Assembly (NCBI RefSeq): GCF_023055435.1
Contig: NW_025963890.1
Span: 15,810,001 to 15,874,000 of the forward strand
Direction: 5' to 3'
Source of the DNA: Haliotis rufescens
Lineage: Eukaryota
Length of the DNA stretch: 64,000 nt
Positions within the stretch are counted from its first letter, which is position 1. Each line of letters begins with the position of its first letter. Below the pieces are notes generated by a model. The model was not told the origin of the DNA and made no database searches. It saw only the letters and a program-made list of their open reading frames with translations. The translations under genes and the position numbers were made by a program. This document shows positions 59,777-64,000 of the stretch, in pieces.

Positions 59777-62700
59777 ATGGATCATTCTAGCCATACTACA
59801 GGAAAGAATGGAGACAATCACATCATTCTCCAAGTAAATGAAACTCGAATAAAATGTAAAAAACATGTTCTTATTGCAAAAAGTGACTATTTCCAAGGAA
59901 TGTTTGCAAGTAACATGAAAGAAAGTTCATCAGATGTAATTGAGTTAAAAGGAGCCAAAGCTGACGTGATTCAATTGTTAGTGAAATCTTTGGACTCTCC
60001 TCTGCTCATAACAGAAGACAATGTGTATGATTTGACAGAAGCTTCTGTAGTGTACCAATTCCAAGAAGTACTGGAATCGTGTTGTGAGTTCCTGGACCAT
60101 TCCTTGGATCATTCCAACTGTCTGACTGTCATGACAATGGCTGACATGTTCTCGCTGTCAGAGTTGTTCCATAAGGCAAAGACACACTCTTTGTGGTACT
60201 TTGAAGATGTTGCCCGAGAATTGGAACTCTACGACCTGCCAGAGCCTCAGCTCATTGCCTACCTTTCCCATAATGCTCTCCACTGCACTGATGAATGGCT
60301 GGTGTTTGATGTGTTATGCAAGTGGTACACACAGAATATCTCTTGCAATTCTGATCCTCTTGCTGATTCCTTACATTCAAATGGCGAAAATAATGTGAAT
60401 GAGATGGACCAGTGCAGTTCCTCTCCAGACAATCATTTCAATGATATGAACACTGATCCCAAAGAGCTGATACAGGATTCCAGCATGCCTATTTCTGTGA
60501 AAGATTGTACTTCTGTTGTGGTCAGTGTTGTTGCTCCAGGTCAGTTCACTGACCGTCACACTTCAAACAATGCGGCAGCAGTTCCCAGTACCAAGTTCTG
60601 TGAGCTGTTGAAGAAGTGTGTGTATTTTGACATGCTGTGTGAGCAGCAGATACAGAAACTACTTCAGCATCCTCTGGTGGCTGCTGACGAAGATGCTAGG
60701 CAACTAGTGTCAGATGCTGCTGCATTAAGGAAACTGCATCTTCGAACAAGACCAGCTGCCCAGGTATGTACATTTGATACTGATATTAGGGACATGGGTG
60801 CCCCAGACGTTGCAATTTGCTGGGCAGAGTTGCCTCCCTTAGGCATGCCAGTAACCTATGTTTGTGGGTATGAATCCCGGGTTTCCCTGATTATGTTTCT
60901 TGGTTATAAATCCGTGGCAATTATGGTAATGGTGATTTATGTTGCATAACTTACTTCGCTGCTCTGGAGCCTTGCTTTATGTCATCATGTTATTAGTAAT
61001 TATATGATTTCTTGTTCTGCATGTTCAGGTATCTAAGAGAAAGTCTCCAACTGCCATCATGTGTTTTGGCGGCCATGTTTGTTCATCGTTAACATGTGTG
61101 AAACCTGACCAGTGTGAGGGCAACTCCGCCTCGAGGGACATGCTGTGGTTCTCACAAGACACGTGTTCCTTCTCTGTCGAAGCTCTCACAAAAGATGACA
61201 ACTCAGAGCTTGGTGAAAATGCTCTCAAGGTGATAGGGTGTCAAGTTACACTTGTTGGTGGGTATCTTGTACTATCATAGTATTTACAATGGAATCTTTG
61301 GTTCTCTGCATTACCAAGATAACAGGTTTTAAAATATTGAACACTAACTAATAGAAATAATGATATTTGTTTTACATTTGTTTTAAGATGAACATTTTAT
61401 CCATATTTGGTTAAATATTTTAAAGATAAATACTACTAGTTATGCTTTTATGCAGAAGTGTTTTCTCAGCGATCGTTTTGTGTCATGTTTCTTGCATACT
61501 AATTTAGGAATTTGTTGTGATAGCAATAGAATAAACTTTAACCATGCTAAACACCTTATTTTTTTTTGGAAACTTACATATAAAAGTTTGAAAATATTTA
61601 TCTTTGATAAAGTTAAATATTCTAAATAAAAATCAGCAGACTTCCTGAAGAAATGTGCAATTGAAAATATTAATATACAGCAAATATCAATGACTGGATT
61701 GTCTGGTCCAGAATCGATTATTAAACAGACCAGCATCATATATCTGGAACATTGCTGAGTGTGGCATTAAACAACAAACAATGATTGCGTAATTACGTAT
61801 AATAGGAATTCTCATCTTCTATCAGAGCCAGAATAATCCATTCATGAGATACATGATGTGCCAATGTCAAACATTATTCCTGTCTCCAGGGGCACAGGTG
61901 GCCCAGTCGTCTGAGGTGCTGGGTATTCCAGATTTGAGTCCCATAGTCTTGTCAGACATACCAGAAACCTTTGATGGTTGGTTCAAATCCTGGTTTGCCC
62001 TGATTATGATTTTAGGTTTGTCAGCTCCATACCTGTTCTCAGGGGTTTCACCAAAGTTGTAAACGTCCATCGTCCTACATCACTTTGGACTTTGAAGCTG
62101 ACATGTCGTGATGTAACCGAAATACTGTTCAAAGTGGTCTTACACCGAACTCACCCACTCACTCACTGACCATTGCGACCACTGTTTCAGACAAGGAGGT
62201 GTTCGTCTCTGGTGGGGAGGCGGTCCTGGGGAGGAACACGTGGCAGATGACAATGATGGCGTTCAACTGTTTCACCCGTAGATGGTGCTGCAAGAAGGTT
62301 CTCCGACAGCCCCGGAGACACCATGGAGCATGTGCCGTGGACCGCAGACACTTGTTTCTAATTGGAGGGTTTGGGCGCTTCCGGAAGATACTCAATGTTG
62401 TTGAAAGCTTTGACGTTGAAACAGGTGACCTAAACTTATTTATTAGACTAGTGGCTAAGTCTCTGATTGATAGGTACATCCCGACATTCAGGCGAACCAG
62501 TGATTTGTGCCTTGCAAGCAAGAATAAACAAAAAATGTTATATCATGATATGTGCCAAAGATTTTGTTCAAACAATAGTTAGACTAAACATAAAAAAATG
62601 ATGTTTGTTGGATAGGAACCAAAGCGATTTGATAATGTTGAAAATGAATTTTAATTCATCAAGTGAAACTCATTATAAATTTCCCCTGGGTATAATAATG

Positions 62701-63303
62701 TTTTTCAAGAATCTATGACAGGCGTTCTGGGGTATAACTTAGGTGCTACTCTTATTACCTGAAGTATATTACACAGGCAGCTAAGCACTGGGATCCTTAT
62801 CATCTACATTCACTCTCCATCCTATTTCAGATGAATGGTCAGACCATCCTCCCTTGCTTCAGCCTGAGTTCTCTGCCGCAGTCGCTGTCTGTAACAACAA
62901 AATCTACGTCTTTAAAACACAGATTCAGCAGTACTGTCTCACAACTCGTGAATGGTCATTCATCACCATAAGCCAACCAATCAGCTCCAATGTCAACTTT
63001 GCCTTGACCTTTGGCAGCAGCATCTACCTGTGCTGCAAGTTCACCAAGAATCTGAGAATGTTTAACCCAGAAACAAGAGACTGCAAGGAATTGGGCCATT
63101 TCCAGACAGAGTGTATGGGATGTGTCCTGCTCCATGGGAAGGTTTACTGGTTCGAGGATTTCTCCAACAGCCCGACAGTGGAGTGTTTTGATCCTAGGGA
63201 CAAATCTTTTGAAATTGTGGGTAAAATAAAGAACTGTTTCTTGGCTGGCGAAATTATCTCAGTCCCGAAATACCCTGTCTTTTCTCCATCTGCTTTGACA
63301 TAA
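59777..63303 (+). CDS. Kelch-like BTB-BACK-Kelch protein (Cullin-3 adaptor family), ~640 aa, four coding exons
   Basis: Exons 59777-60763, 61029-61257, 62191-62424 and 62831-63303 join in frame at GT-AG sites (phases 0, 1, 1). BTB motif HVLIAKSDYFQGMFASNMKES, BACK motif DEWLVFDVLCKW, Kelch repeats VFVSGG, LFLIGGF, VESFDVETDEW, VECFDP. Likely upstream exon ending 58746 (GAG|GTAAGA) and acceptor at 59726, so the N-terminus could extend. Confidence 0.88.
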
Positions 63304-64000
63304 GGAATGTCATTATGTGGATGGATTTTACAATGAAACCTTGTTTACTTGAAGTGTCTTTCTGTTAGTTTAAGGATCATCAGATCTCAGGGATCAGTGA
63401 AGCTGGGAGATGACTGAGGGTGGCTGTGTTACAAGCTATGCCGTATGAACATTTGAAACCTATGTTACAATAGTGGTTTTCAGCACATATGAAATAACTG
63501 GGAATACTGATTGCAGAAATCTTTTAAGAATTACATTGGTCAGTTGTAAAATTACAATTATTAACATTTGAAAAATGTACAGAAAACTGAGCAGTTGAAA
63601 AACTCAGCAGACATTTTATCTTTTATGGTACGAGGCATAAGGCACTTGTATAAGGCACACGTGGCACTCCCTGCGGAGTTGTTTCTGTTAGATCAGCTGC
63701 TAAAATTTGAGAATTGAAATAGTTGAATATTGGCCACAACAGTTCAATGAGGTATTTAGGAGATAAACACACTGTGTTTTCAGTGTAGCGCTAAGTTACC
63801 TGTAGATTTAACTCTCCTTAATTAAGTTTGGAACCGACTATACTCAGACTTTTCTTTCTGAATAATTGTTGGTTAGATTCCAGTTTCCAGTTTGTTTGTT
63901 TGTTGTTTAACACTACACTCAGCAATATCCCAGCTATATCCCAGTGATTGACATCATGAGCATTGGTAAACACAATTGGGATACAATGACATGCATCAAC

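Noticed and set aside
60764-60949. C-terminal part of the 399-aa ORF, including a hydrophobic tail
   Set aside because: Read-through past the CAG|GTATGT donor into an intron containing SINE sequence.

Overview
AT-rich invertebrate genomic DNA, not prokaryotic; the repeat families resemble those of molluscs, possibly abalone (inference). Three zones. (1) 1-39.9 kb: a tandem array of ~7.5-9 kb units, each with a near-identical minus-strand Toll-like receptor whose CDS is intronless (signal peptide, LRRs with multiple cysteine clusters, TM, TIR). Four copies are intact and one carries a 16-bp frameshift deletion that would give an ectodomain-only product. Amino-acid differences cluster in one ectodomain patch in a mosaic pattern, and the units differ in 41-bp and 52-bp minisatellite lengths and in deletions. 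(2) 40.5-57.3 kb: a second tandem amplification hiding a three-exon gene that the ORF track shows only as unconnected fragments. Three copies each splice in frame to a 115-aa protein with a variable Pro-rich N-terminus, an invariant acidic LIR/AIM-like motif (DDTDFVEV) and an invariant cationic amphipathic C-terminal helix. This is the most novel item in the window. (3) 58.6-63.3 kb: a plus-strand BTB-BACK-Kelch gene with four coding exons (~640 aa). SINEs, MITEs, HINE-like elements and a 49-bp-arm palindrome are interspersed.
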